DNA from: a bacterium
GTDB lineage: Bacteria; Patescibacteriota; Minisyncoccia; Minisyncoccales; CG1-02-41-26
Assembly (NCBI GenBank): GCA_043802745.1
Contig: JAZDKU010000015.1
Coordinates: 1,358 to 65,357 of the forward strand
Direction of reading: 5' to 3'
DNA: 64,000 bases
Position numbers and translations under genes: made by a program. Of this stretch, positions 1 through 9,951 are shown piece after piece. Positions within the stretch are counted from its first letter, which is position 1. Every line of letters begins with the position of its first letter. The notes beneath the pieces are model-generated. The model was not told the origin of the DNA and did no database searches. It saw nothing but the letters and a program-made list of their open reading frames with translations.

Positions 1-435
1 GCCAAATTTTAATAATGGCTTCAAGCCAATGCCATCCATTAAAACAACGCCTGGTCTTCTTATGGACATAGCTTGAAAAGGATGGGCCGCAATTGCTAGC
101 CCACCCTGTTCGTGAATTTGACGAATTGTTTCTTGGACGGTTTGATGCGACTCAATGGTTTTGTTTAAAAATAAGCCAACAATGTGGCCTTCTTGTGAAT
201 TTATTTCTTCACCCACGATTAAGTCAAACCGATAGCCCATTCCTTGCCAAGCTTTTTTTACTTTTAGGGCATTGTCAATGGAATCGTGATCGGTTAGGGC
301 CACAACATCTAAATCAGTTTTTTCCTCAATATAGCTTAAAAGTTCTTTTGGGTCTCTTTCAATTAAATGCACATGCAAATCAGCTTTGCCCAGCCCAGCC
401 ATCTCTTCAATTTTTTTTAAACTAATCTTTGCCAT
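1..435 (-). CDS. PHP-family phosphoesterase (runs off the left edge of the window)
   Basis: Not in ORF track. Manual translation from ATG at 435 gives MAKISLKK..ADLHVH..ALTDHD..GEEI..GH..AIAAHPF, the PHP metal-binding motifs. Confidence 0.85.
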   Translation of the reverse strand, partial: MAKISLKKIEEMAGLGKADLHVHLIERDPKELLSYIEEKTDLDVVALTDHDSIDNALKVKKAWQGMGYRFDLIVGEEINSQEGHIVGLFLNKTIESHQTVQETIRQIHEQGGLAIAAHPFQAMSIRRPGVVLMDGIGLKPLLKFG

Positions 436-455
436 AATATAATAATATTATAGCA

Positions 456-1049
456 TTATTTGCCTAAATCACCGACATAATAGCCAGCCAAAAGACTGCT
501 GGCGTATTGTGAGTGAGGCAAGCCAATAAAAGCTTGGGTAGCTTCCTTGCCACAATATGGCGTAATGGTATTTCTTCCTCCAGGATGAGTGCTTAAATAA
601 TTAGCAATAGAATAAACTTTATTATTAATAATAATCCAGCAATCCCCGGCTGTATTGTGTTTGGCTATTTGAATAGTTGTTAGTGTAAGGTCTGCGGTCG
701 AAGTGGCATTAATAGCTGGAGACGGAATTTGTGGGTTCGGTGCATAGTATAAAAAAATACATAAAACCAAGATGGCTGTCCAAATAATTCCAGTTATTAT
801 TTTAAAACTTCTTTTATTAAGCGAGTTGTGCCGTGACAACAAACTTATCGTGCCAGTTAAAGAATGCAAGTAAAACAAAGGAACAAATAAAATTGGCGTT
901 AGCACTAAGTGGATATAACGGCTGGTTGAATAATCAAGCCAAGGGGTTAAAGAAAATTTAACCATTAAAAATCCAGACAACAAAAAAACCAAAGTGGTTA
1001 TTGTTAAAAGCCAGGCTGTAGCCCTTAAAATTTTATAAAAATTAAACAT
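456..1049 (-). CDS. Membrane protein with C-terminal cytochrome b5-like heme/steroid-binding domain
   Basis: Three hydrophobic helices followed by HNTAGDCWIIINNKVY..HPGG..H, the cytochrome b5 signature. Confidence 0.85.
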   Translation of the reverse strand: MFNFYKILRATAWLLTITTLVFLLSGFLMVKFSLTPWLDYSTSRYIHLVLTPILFVPLFYLHSLTGTISLLSRHNSLNKRSFKIITGIIWTAILVLCIFLYYAPNPQIPSPAINATSTADLTLTTIQIAKHNTAGDCWIIINNKVYSIANYLSTHPGGRNTITPYCGKEATQAFIGLPHSQYASSLLAGYYVGDLGK

Positions 1050-1659
1050 CCTTTTCTAATTTCTTGGCAATTCTTTTGGTAATTTCACGATAAAGCAACA
1101 CAGCCAAAAGCGCAGCTCCTAAAAAAATTAGCAACACATAGCCCTTATTGTTAGCATATTGACTAATTGCTGTATAACTAGACCCGAAAAAATATCCTAA
1201 AAAAATAAAAAATAGTGTTTTCGGTATGCTAATCAAAGATGCCACTTTAATAAATCTCTTAAAAGGAAACTTGCTATTGCCAACAATGGCAAGGGCTAGG
1301 GGAGAGGCCACTGGCGATATTTTTATAGCTAAAAGGACTTTTTTGCTATGTTTTTCTAAAAGTTTTTTTAATTTCTCTATTCTTTCCTCTGATAGTCCAA
1401 AATAATGGCCATATTTATTAATCACAGCCAGCCGAGTAAGATATCCTGTAAAATACCAAACAAAATCGCCAACAAGGTCGGCAGCGAAAGCTAGGGAAAA
1501 AATAACAAAAACATTTAAATAGCCCAGAGAAGAAGCAAATGCCGAAGCAATAGTAATGAGCGGGCCCTCAACAACCATTATTAAAAATATTAAAAAATAG
1601 CCATGATGAATGGCCCATTGCAAAGCAAGTGGAAATGTTTGGGGTAAAGTAAAAAACAT
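1042..1659 (-). CDS. DedA/VTT family membrane protein
   Basis: IMVVEGP..ADLVGDFVWY..G pattern and DedA-like size and hydrophobicity. Confidence 0.85.
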   Translation of the reverse strand: MFFTLPQTFPLALQWAIHHGYFLIFLIMVVEGPLITIASAFASSLGYLNVFVIFSLAFAADLVGDFVWYFTGYLTRLAVINKYGHYFGLSEERIEKLKKLLEKHSKKVLLAIKISPVASPLALAIVGNSKFPFKRFIKVASLISIPKTLFFIFLGYFFGSSYTAISQYANNKGYVLLIFLGAALLAVLLYREITKRIAKKLEKDV

Positions 1660-1671
1660 ATTGTATTTGCC

Positions 1672-2604
1672 TTAACGTTGCCTATATCTCAAATTTTCAA
1701 CTTTACTCGCCACAGCCACTTTTAGCTTGTGGCTTTCTTTTTTAATTTGATAATCAGCAGAGTCAATTTTTTTGTGAACAAAAGCTATTCTTTCTTGAGC
1801 CTTAGCATAAACAGATGGAGAAGAAATAAAGACAAGCAAAACAACTGAAACAATTAAAAGCGGTTCCAAAATTATTTGGCTAACACGGCTTTCCTTTCTT
1901 ATGGGCTTTAATTTATTAAAATTATTTCTTTTTAAAAAAACTCTTGAAAAAGTGGCCGGGCCATAGCGAAGAATCCAAGAAATTAGCCCATATTTAAATC
2001 CTCGCCCTGATGTTTTAACTAAAAAATAAGAGTCTAATTTTACTGTGCCGAATTCTTTTATTCGTTGAGAAATATCATGTTCCTCGTTTATTTGCAGGCT
2101 AATATTAAAACCGCCAGTTTTTAAAAAACAAGTTTTTCTAACTGCAAAATTAGTTCCAGCTAAATTCCAGCCATTGCTTAGAAATTTATCCAAACAATTA
2201 AAGGCGCGAATAGAAGAAAGAAACCCCATTCTTATAAGAAAAGGCCCGGATGATAAATTATAAAGCCCACCAAAAGCGGCTAAGTTTTTATCTTCTTCAA
2301 ACTCTGTTGCTATGGTCGAAAGCCAATTTTCTGGCACAATAGTGTCAGCGTCAGTGTAAGCAATAATCTCACCTAAAGAAGCAACGGCTCCGGCTTGACG
2401 CGCCGAGCCAGTCCCTCTTTTTGGTTCAAAAACAACTTTTACTCCTGCTTGTTTGGCAATTTGGCTGGTTTTGTCAGTACTATTATTATCAACAACAATT
2501 ATTTCAAAATCGCCTTTAAAATCTTGCTTTTTAAGCGAAGTTAAACAAGCAGGCAAATAATCTTCCTCATTGTAAGCTGGCACAACAACTGAAATTTTCA
2601 TCAT
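1672..2604 (-). CDS. Glycosyltransferase family 2
   Basis: ISVVVPAYNEE, VVDNNSTD and DAD motifs. Confidence 0.9.
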   Translation of the reverse strand: MMKISVVVPAYNEEDYLPACLTSLKKQDFKGDFEIIVVDNNSTDKTSQIAKQAGVKVVFEPKRGTGSARQAGAVASLGEIIAYTDADTIVPENWLSTIATEFEEDKNLAAFGGLYNLSSGPFLIRMGFLSSIRAFNCLDKFLSNGWNLAGTNFAVRKTCFLKTGGFNISLQINEEHDISQRIKEFGTVKLDSYFLVKTSGRGFKYGLISWILRYGPATFSRVFLKRNNFNKLKPIRKESRVSQIILEPLLIVSVVLLVFISSPSVYAKAQERIAFVHKKIDSADYQIKKESHKLKVAVASKVENLRYRQR

Positions 2605-2610
2605 CCTGTA

Positions 2611-3690
2611 TTATACCTTATTTTCTGGCATTTTGATAATGTCATTGGGCCAGCCGTATTCAGTCGGGTCAAAACCTTGCCCACAAATCGTATCAATAAG
2701 AGCTACTGACACTTGATAAGGGTCAAAATTTGCAGCAGGTCGCCTATCTTCTAAATAGCCTTTGCCTTTGTTATTTGTTTCCATGGGAATACGGATAGAA
2801 GCGCCTCGGTCAGACACGCCATAGCGAAATTCGTAAATACTGCAAGTTTCATGCTTGCCAGTTAAGCGCTTGTCATTATCAGCGCCATAAACCTGAATAT
2901 GCTGATTATGAAATTTTTTTAATTTTTCACAAGCCTCTAAAATAATTTTAATGCCTCCCTCCTCACGCATAGCTTTGGTAGAAAAATTAGTGTGCCCGCC
3001 TGTGCCATTCCAGTCTCCGGCCATAGGTTTTGGGTCAAGCTTGGCATACATTTCAAAATCCTCCCCATGCCTATATAAAATCCAGCGAGCTAGCCATAAT
3101 TGGTCAGAAGATTCAAGTGGATTTAATGGGCCCACTTGAAACTCCCACTGAGCTGGCATAACTTCAGCGTTAATACCGCAAATAGCCAGGCCAGCTTTTA
3201 AGCAATCTTTCAAATGGGCTTCCACTAATTTTCGGCCATAAACCTCATCACAACCAACCCCGCAATAATAACGGCCCTGGGGGTGAGGAAACCCCTGGGA
3301 AGGCCAGCCAACTGGCCAGTCTTTGCGATAAAGCGTATACTCTTGCTCAAAGCCAAAAATTGGCTCTTGCACTTTATGCTTTTCATAAAGCTCAACCAAT
3401 TTTGAGCGGGTATTGGTTTTATGAGGCGTGCCATCAGGATTTAAAACCTCGCACATTACCAAAATATTATTTTCACCCCGAATTGGGTCAGGTATATAAT
3501 AAACTGGCTTTAAGATGCAATCGCTAAAGTGGCCTTGGGCCTGCTCGGTTGAAGAACCATCAAACCCCCACAAAGGCAAGTCAGCTAAAGATAAAACCGG
3601 ACCGTCAACAATTTTTGTTTTTGAACGAAGTTTGGCGGTTGGCTTTTTACCGTCCATCCAAATGTACTCAGCCATTATTTTGTTTGTCAT
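2611..3690 (-). CDS. glnII: Glutamine synthetase, type II (GSII)
   Basis: 359 aa with AEYIWMDG, FDGSST, GFEQEY, NAEVMPAQWEFQVGP, GDWNGTGGH and LEDRRP, which match GSII. Confidence 0.9.
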   Translation of the reverse strand: MTNKIMAEYIWMDGKKPTAKLRSKTKIVDGPVLSLADLPLWGFDGSSTEQAQGHFSDCILKPVYYIPDPIRGENNILVMCEVLNPDGTPHKTNTRSKLVELYEKHKVQEPIFGFEQEYTLYRKDWPVGWPSQGFPHPQGRYYCGVGCDEVYGRKLVEAHLKDCLKAGLAICGINAEVMPAQWEFQVGPLNPLESSDQLWLARWILYRHGEDFEMYAKLDPKPMAGDWNGTGGHTNFSTKAMREEGGIKIILEACEKLKKFHNQHIQVYGADNDKRLTGKHETCSIYEFRYGVSDRGASIRIPMETNNKGKGYLEDRRPAANFDPYQVSVALIDTICGQGFDPTEYGWPNDIIKMPENKV

Positions 3691-6227
3691 AAAGATAATT
3701 TTAGTTTATTTTTAAATAATTTCAACGCTTCAAACCAAATTAAACTTGCGAATACAGCTAAAATCACAAAAAGATAATCTTTTAAATGTAAGTAAGTTAA
3801 ATGGAAAATATTAGAAAGAAATGGGATATATAACACAGATAACATAGCAAGAAAAGTGCCACCCAAAACAACATACAAAGTTTTGTTTTTAGATGAAATA
3901 ATCTGGATAATATTTTTATTCCACGATAGATTTACAACAATAAGCATTATGTTTGACAGCACCAAAGATACAAACGCCAAAGAGCGAGCCTCAACTTCGG
4001 GCCTACCCGACTTAACAGCAAAGAAAAATACTAAAAACACAGCAACCAATATTCCCAACCCCTGTGCTATGCTTATAAGCACAGTTTTGCGATTAAATAT
4101 GGGCTGATGAATGCCCCTTGGTGGCCTGCTCATAATTTTTTTATCTTCTTTTTCTGCTTCAAAAACAGTTGAACAAGCAGGATCAATAATCAATTCCAAA
4201 AAGGCTACATGAATGGGCATTAAAACCACTGGAAAACCAAAAGCCAGCGGAAGTAGAGACATCCCAGCGATTGGCACATGAACAGCCAAGATATATCCCA
4301 TGGCTCTTTTTAAATTATCATATATTCTTCTGCCCAAACGCACTGCCACAACAATTGAAGAAAAATTATCATCCAGCAAAACCAATGAAGAAGCCTCTCT
4401 GGCCACATCTGTGCCCCGCTCGCCCATAGCAATTCCTATATGAGCGGCTTTTAGGGCAGGGGCGTCATTAACCCCATCGCCTGTCATAGCCACAACCTCG
4501 CCATTAGCCTTTAGCGCATTAACGATTAATAATTTTTGTTCTGGCGCCACTCTAGCAAATATATTATTTGTTTTTATTTTTTCTTTTAATTCATCGCCAC
4601 TCATTTTTTCTAATTCATCGCCACTTATATAATTGTCTGTATCTTTTATGCCTATTTCTTTAGCAATAAACTGGGCTGTTCCAGAATAATCCCCAGTTAT
4701 AACAATCACCCTCATTCCAGCGTTATATGCCTCTTTTACCGAAGCAAAAGCATCCGCTCTTGGGGGATCAATAAACCCAAAGAGCCCGGCAAACTCAAAA
4801 TTTAAATCGTGCTGATTTTTTGGTGGCTCGCCAGCTGAAAAATTTGCCCTAGCTCCCGCTAATATTCGCAAGCCATTTTGAGACATTTCTTTAACTATTT
4901 TTAAAGTTTCTGATTTTTCTTTTTCGCTTGCATGGCACAATTTTAAAATTGCTTCTGGAGCACCTTTCGAAGCAATAACAAAATTATTTTCTGATAGTTG
5001 CCAAACTTGGGAAAAAGCTAGCAAGTCCTTTGATAAAGGATACTCTTTTATTAATTTCCAGCCACTAATCGAGCACTGGCTGTCTTTTAAATGCAGGCCT
5101 TCTGCTCTGTGAAGCTCTTTTTCAATTGGGTCAAAGGGATCTTTTTGGCTTGCTAAAAAACCTACTTCTAAAAGATTGCTGAATTCCTCTGATAATTTGC
5201 TATTTTGAGCAAGCTCATCCACATCTAAAAAAGAACCTTGCGCGTGCAAACTAACAAGTTGCATTTTATTTAGCGTTAAAGTTCCAGTTTTGTCAGCGCA
5301 AAGAACAGTGGCGGCTCCCAAAGTTTCAATAACTGCCGAGCGCCTGGCTAAAACTTTTCTTTTGGAAATACGCCATGCCCCTAAAGTTAAAAATATCAAA
5401 AGCACCAGTGGAAATTCCTCAGGCAAAACTGCCATACCAAGCGTTAAGCCTGCTAAAAATCCCTGGACGATACTCCCCCTTGATAGAATATAAATTAACA
5501 CCACTAAAAGACAAAGAAAAAGAACTATTATGGCCACATAGCGCACTATTCTGGCCGTTTCTTTATGTAAAAGCGTGTCTTCATCTTTTATTGTTTCTAT
5601 GCTTTTACCAATTTTTCCCATTTCTGTATTTATTCCAACTGAAAAGACTTTAACGACCCCTCGGCCACTCACCACCAGCGAGCCAGAGTACACAAACGGC
5701 AAATCATCTCCCCCTGGCCTTTGGTGTTCAAGTTTTCCGTCCCATGGTATTTTTCTTACTGGCATTGACTCCCCGGTAAGAAGCGACTCATCTATTAAAA
5801 GATTTTCGCAAGACAAAACAACTGCGTCTGCTGGAACTCTATCGCCTTCACGAATAATAACAATGTCATTCCTAACCACCTCTCGCCCGGGAACCCTTAT
5901 TTGCTGGCCATCTCTTATTACCAATGCTCGGGGGCTTGATAAATGCTTTAAGGCATCAAGCGTTTTTTCAGTTTTTCGGCTTTGATAAAAAGTAATGCCA
6001 ATAATGACAAACACGCAAAATAAAAGCACCAGAGCATCTCTTGGCTCGCCCATAAAAAGATACACTGCTCCACAGCCAACCAATAATAAAAGCATGGGCT
6101 CTGAAAGAACCCTAACCAGCATAAAAAACCAGCTCTGTTTTTTTTGCGATGGCAACTCGTTGTAACCATCTAATAGCAGAGCTTTTTTTGCCTCCTCCCC
6201 CGAGAGACCTGCGATTTGCTTATCCAT
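3687..6227 (-). CDS. Cation-translocating P-type ATPase (type II, Ca2+-like)
   Basis: TGES, DKTGTLT, KGAPE and TGDGVNDAPAL motifs. Confidence 0.92.
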   Translation of the reverse strand: MDKQIAGLSGEEAKKALLLDGYNELPSQKKQSWFFMLVRVLSEPMLLLLVGCGAVYLFMGEPRDALVLLFCVFVIIGITFYQSRKTEKTLDALKHLSSPRALVIRDGQQIRVPGREVVRNDIVIIREGDRVPADAVVLSCENLLIDESLLTGESMPVRKIPWDGKLEHQRPGGDDLPFVYSGSLVVSGRGVVKVFSVGINTEMGKIGKSIETIKDEDTLLHKETARIVRYVAIIVLFLCLLVVLIYILSRGSIVQGFLAGLTLGMAVLPEEFPLVLLIFLTLGAWRISKRKVLARRSAVIETLGAATVLCADKTGTLTLNKMQLVSLHAQGSFLDVDELAQNSKLSEEFSNLLEVGFLASQKDPFDPIEKELHRAEGLHLKDSQCSISGWKLIKEYPLSKDLLAFSQVWQLSENNFVIASKGAPEAILKLCHASEKEKSETLKIVKEMSQNGLRILAGARANFSAGEPPKNQHDLNFEFAGLFGFIDPPRADAFASVKEAYNAGMRVIVITGDYSGTAQFIAKEIGIKDTDNYISGDELEKMSGDELKEKIKTNNIFARVAPEQKLLIVNALKANGEVVAMTGDGVNDAPALKAAHIGIAMGERGTDVAREASSLVLLDDNFSSIVVAVRLGRRIYDNLKRAMGYILAVHVPIAGMSLLPLAFGFPVVLMPIHVAFLELIIDPACSTVFEAEKEDKKIMSRPPRGIHQPIFNRKTVLISIAQGLGILVAVFLVFFFAVKSGRPEVEARSLAFVSLVLSNIMLIVVNLSWNKNIIQIISSKNKTLYVVLGGTFLAMLSVLYIPFLSNIFHLTYLHLKDYLFVILAVFASLIWFEALKLFKNKLKLSL

Positions 6228-6666
6228 AAACCTTATCCTTTAAGTAATTGTCTAAAATTTCAGCGCTTGGAAAAAACAATTTTTCTGGCAAGCTGGTTAG
6301 CTCAAACCATTGCCATTCTGTTATTTCATCTGGCTCCATTACTTTTGCCTCGCCTTGAAAATCTTGGCATAAAAATCCAAGGGTGACAAAATGGGCGTCT
6401 TCCACTCTATCGTTGGCAATACTGATAAATTTTAATGTGTCTTGATTTATAATAATGCTGGTTTCTTCTTCGGTTTCTCTAGCCACAGATTGCTCAAAAC
6501 TTTCTCCAAAATGCATTTTGCCTCCAGGCATTGTCCATGTGCCTTCCCCGTGCAATTCCGAGTCTGCTTTAGCGGCATCCTCGTGCCTCTTGCCCAAAAG
6601 CACTTTATTATTTTTTAAAATAAACACCCCGAACCCCACCCCCACTTTTTTATTTTGTTGCTCCAT
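6220..6666 (-). CDS. NUDIX hydrolase
   Basis: Nudix box PGGKMHFGESFEQSVARETEEETS. Confidence 0.9.
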   Translation of the reverse strand: MEQQNKKVGVGFGVFILKNNKVLLGKRHEDAAKADSELHGEGTWTMPGGKMHFGESFEQSVARETEEETSIIINQDTLKFISIANDRVEDAHFVTLGFLCQDFQGEAKVMEPDEITEWQWFELTSLPEKLFFPSAEILDNYLKDKVYG

Positions 6667-6670
6667 ATGT

Positions 6671-7084
6671 TTAAAATAATTTAAAAGAATTATTATTTAA
6701 AATTTCTCTAAAATAAGAACATAAATCTTCCATGCCCCCTAACTCATCTATTGAAAGCCACTTAAATTCTGTGTTCTCGTTTTTATCTAGTTCAACTTGA
6801 CCATCAATTGTCCCAGCATACGTTAAACGCACTATATGCTTACCCGAAACCCTAAAAATATCCTGCGCTCCAATTAATTTTGGGATTTCTATTAAGTCAA
6901 GCTGGGTTTCCTCTTTTACCTCCCTTTTTAAGTTTTCAAATAAGCTTGTGCCTGGCTCAATGCGACCACCCACAATGTCCCAAACACCCGAAGCATTTGG
7001 ATACTTTTCCTTGGAGCGCTTTACTGCTAAATATTTCCCGTCTTTATTCTTTAATAAAATTTTAACGCCTACTTGTAATTCCAT
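6671..7084 (-). CDS. NUDIX hydrolase
   Basis: Nudix box GGRIEPGTSLFENLKREVKEETQL. Confidence 0.88.
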   Translation of the reverse strand: MELQVGVKILLKNKDGKYLAVKRSKEKYPNASGVWDIVGGRIEPGTSLFENLKREVKEETQLDLIEIPKLIGAQDIFRVSGKHIVRLTYAGTIDGQVELDKNENTEFKWLSIDELGGMEDLCSYFREILNNNSFKLF

Positions 7085-7088
7085 AATT

Positions 7089-7865
7089 TTATTTTACACA
7101 ATGAAATATTAAGCCAACTGGGTAGTCTAATTTTTCAGAAAATCTTGGCGCAGCTTTTAACAAAGCCTTTGTTATTTCTGGCTCAAGGACTTTTTTCACC
7201 ACAAAACCGCTTACGGTTAGCTGGTTAAAATAATCTGAAAAAGTTTTTTGAAAATGATCCACCTCAAAGGTTTTTTTATATTTTTCAGCCAACTCTGGCC
7301 TAGCTTTGTTATCAACGCCCATAACATATTTTACATGGCCTCGATAAAAATAATTTTTTAATCCTTTAAATTTTTTTGGCTCAACTCCTATCTGCTCTTG
7401 GGCAAAAGCAAACAAATTCCAAGATGGATGCACTATAGCAAAAGTGAAAATGCCTTTCTTTTTTAAAACTCGAAATGCTTCTTGGATTGGTGTTCTAATA
7501 TTCGCAACTTCATTTAGCATCATTACAGAATAAATAATATCAATAGAATTAGAATTTACCCTCCACTTTCTTGTTGCGTTTTGTTCTAAAAAAGTTATTC
7601 TTTTGTCAGAGCATTTCTCTTTAGCATAATTCAAATTATACTCCGATATGTCCATTAAAATAACTTTTTTAGGCTTTTGGTTAAGAAATTTTTTAGCCAA
7701 ATAGCCATTGCCACAGCCAAGCTCCAAAACAACCTTATTTTCTAAGCTTCCGATAAGCTTAAACATAGCTGGGTCCAAAGCAAACCTTTTATAAACCTCG
7801 CCCGAGTCCCCAGCCCTATCATTCCAATATTCTGCAAACTCCTTATTTTGATAAATCGATTTCAT
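7089..7865 (-). CDS. Class I SAM-dependent methyltransferase
   Basis: Motif I VLELGCGNG. Confidence 0.85.
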   Translation of the reverse strand: MKSIYQNKEFAEYWNDRAGDSGEVYKRFALDPAMFKLIGSLENKVVLELGCGNGYLAKKFLNQKPKKVILMDISEYNLNYAKEKCSDKRITFLEQNATRKWRVNSNSIDIIYSVMMLNEVANIRTPIQEAFRVLKKKGIFTFAIVHPSWNLFAFAQEQIGVEPKKFKGLKNYFYRGHVKYVMGVDNKARPELAEKYKKTFEVDHFQKTFSDYFNQLTVSGFVVKKVLEPEITKALLKAAPRFSEKLDYPVGLIFHCVK

Positions 7866-7868
7866 ATT

Positions 7869-8726
7869 TTATAACTGAAAATAATTAAAAATGTCTAATA
7901 TGCCGTTTTCGTCAATATCGCGACCAATACAAGATTTTTCTTTGCCCTTAGTTAAAACTTTATTTTTTAATGCCAAAGAAGCATTGCCCATTGCCCCGCC
8001 ATAACCGCACAACTCGATAAACCCCCAGTCCAGAGGGCTGTCTCCACAACCCAAAATATTCTCCAGGTTAATTCCCAGACCGTCGCTAATATCCAAAGCC
8101 CCCTGTTTTTTATCAACTCCCTTGGCTGTTATTATAGCAAATTGCCAAGGCAAGGCTGAGGGGTGAATCGACCACTGCAAGCTTATAGAAAACATGAAAG
8201 GAAGTAAAACTTTCTCTACCTTGGCCTTGGCTCCTTCATTGGGAACAATAGGCATAATTTTGGTAATTTCGGAGGAGAAAACTTCTTCGGCTAAAGAAAC
8301 GACTATCCGAGGCTCTCTTTTCAAAACTTCTAAATGTTTTGAAAAGATATTCTGGTCCAAGCGATCTTTCTGAACTAAATATGTTTCGCCATCGTAAAAT
8401 TCTGTATAAATATGTTGTTCTAAAAGAGCTTGAATAACTTGAATGGCTATCTGGGTATCAATTAAATACTTGCGAAAAACATACTTACTTTTAGGATTAA
8501 AAATAAAAGCGCCCCCTTCGCTAATATGAATATTGTCTAAATTTGCTTCGTTAATGATTTTTTCTATAGCAAAATATGGCTTGGCTGTGCACAAGCTAAT
8601 TGGCGTGCCATTATTCCTAATCCTCCTTAAGGCCATTATTACCTCTGGATGCGGATCTGGAAAGTTAAAACCCTCCTTAGCCCCCACCAAAACCCCGTCA
8701 ACATCTAAAATTAAAGCTTTTATCAT
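7869..8726 (-). CDS. HAD-superfamily hydrolase (Cof/IIB-like)
   Basis: LDVDGVL, CTAK, K and GDSPLD motifs. Confidence 0.85.
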   Translation of the reverse strand: MIKALILDVDGVLVGAKEGFNFPDPHPEVIMALRRIRNNGTPISLCTAKPYFAIEKIINEANLDNIHISEGGAFIFNPKSKYVFRKYLIDTQIAIQVIQALLEQHIYTEFYDGETYLVQKDRLDQNIFSKHLEVLKREPRIVVSLAEEVFSSEITKIMPIVPNEGAKAKVEKVLLPFMFSISLQWSIHPSALPWQFAIITAKGVDKKQGALDISDGLGINLENILGCGDSPLDWGFIELCGYGGAMGNASLALKNKVLTKGKEKSCIGRDIDENGILDIFNYFQL

Positions 8727-8754
8727 AAATAAGATTAAATATTTGTGAGCCTAT

Positions 8755-9201
8755 CTATTTACTAACAACAATGCAAGAGTTGTTTTTAAATTTATTTATT
8801 TCAGCACAAGCTTCAGCGCTATTATCATAATGCAAATCAATATTATTCTTTTTTATTTCTCTTACTTTATATTCACCTTCTTTCTGCCAAAACTTCTTCC
8901 TAAAAATAACTTCGTCGTAATAATCAATATTATTTCTCTTTAAAAAATAATAGATTATCTTAGCACACCTTTGGTTAGTATAGGTTAAAATAATAATTTT
9001 ATTTCCCTCTATCCTTGACCGCTTCATTAGCTCTATTACCTTCTCATTTCTCTTACAAAAAAACGTATAAGTAAAAATGAACGTTTTAAAATTACTTAGA
9101 AAACAGAAAATGATGTAAAAAAACTTTTTTTTAATCATCTTTCCACCGGTCTTAAAAACAATAATAGTATCGTGCAAATCAAAGCTAATTATTTTGGCCA
9201 T
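8755..9201 (-). CDS. Hypothetical protein, possibly HAD-like
   Basis: ISFDLHDT near the N-terminus and HYDN near the C-terminus resemble HAD motifs I and IV. Very AT-rich. Confidence 0.5.
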   Translation of the reverse strand: MAKIISFDLHDTIIVFKTGGKMIKKKFFYIIFCFLSNFKTFIFTYTFFCKRNEKVIELMKRSRIEGNKIIILTYTNQRCAKIIYYFLKRNNIDYYDEVIFRKKFWQKEGEYKVREIKKNNIDLHYDNSAEACAEINKFKNNSCIVVSK

Positions 9202-9216
9202 AAAATTATTAACGCT

Positions 9217-9534
9217 TTAAGCTAGCTCTAAAATAACTACGGAAATTATGCCAACAACAATGCCCGCTATCTGCATGGGGGATAAAGTTTCTTTGAAATA
9301 AAGCCAACTGGCAAAAGAAAGAAAAATTACATTAAAAATAACAATAATCACCGAGGCCACCACAATATTTTTAAATTTAAAGCTCTGGGCTAAAAAAGTT
9401 AGCCCGACCAAATAAGTAGCAAGCCCAATAAAATAAAAAAGATAGCCGTTGGTGCTTACCCATTTTTTCATCAAAATATCCCCAATGGTTAAAATAAGCC
9501 CGCCAATTAGTAAAAGCACAATTGCAATGCTCAT
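9217..9534 (-). CDS. Small 4-TM DMT-superfamily (SMR/EamA-like) transporter
   Basis: 105 aa, four hydrophobic helices, FKETLSPMQIAG pattern. Confidence 0.75.
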   Translation of the reverse strand: MSIAIVLLLIGGLILTIGDILMKKWVSTNGYLFYFIGLATYLVGLTFLAQSFKFKNIVVASVIIVIFNVIFLSFASWLYFKETLSPMQIAGIVVGIISVVILELA

Positions 9535-9557
9535 ATGTTTTTAAAAATTTATCTTTG

Positions 9558-9944
9558 TCATTCTTTGATAAAGGGAGAAAAATCTAGTTGGTATTCGGGT
9601 ATGCCAAGCGAAAGCCCGTAGCTTTTTGCTTGGTTGTACTGCTCTTTGCTTGCTCTGTCTATATAAAAAACTTTATCACGAAAAACGATGTAGTGGTGAG
9701 TGTCGTTTTTAAAATCCGCATACCACGAACCCTCGTGGCTATAATCAAGCGATTTGCTAATTTTTTCAGCAACTTCTTTTGCTTTGTCCTCTGAAATTTC
9801 CACCTTATGGAGCGTCCACTGCAAAAGCCAAGGAGTTTTATGTTTCTCCACAACCTGCTCAACCTTAGTGCTTAAAATTTTTACATCCAAAAGCACGCTT
9901 TTATCCTCCAAACTTTCCTCAATAATTGTCCCTTGGTAGTTCAT
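9558..9944 (-). CDS. Hypothetical protein
   Basis: In operon context. Start moved to MNYQG (9944) to avoid overlap with the upstream gene. Confidence 0.7.
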   Translation of the reverse strand: MNYQGTIIEESLEDKSVLLDVKILSTKVEQVVEKHKTPWLLQWTLHKVEISEDKAKEVAEKISKSLDYSHEGSWYADFKNDTHHYIVFRDKVFYIDRASKEQYNQAKSYGLSLGIPEYQLDFSPFIKE

Positions 9945-9951
9945 AGGTTTT

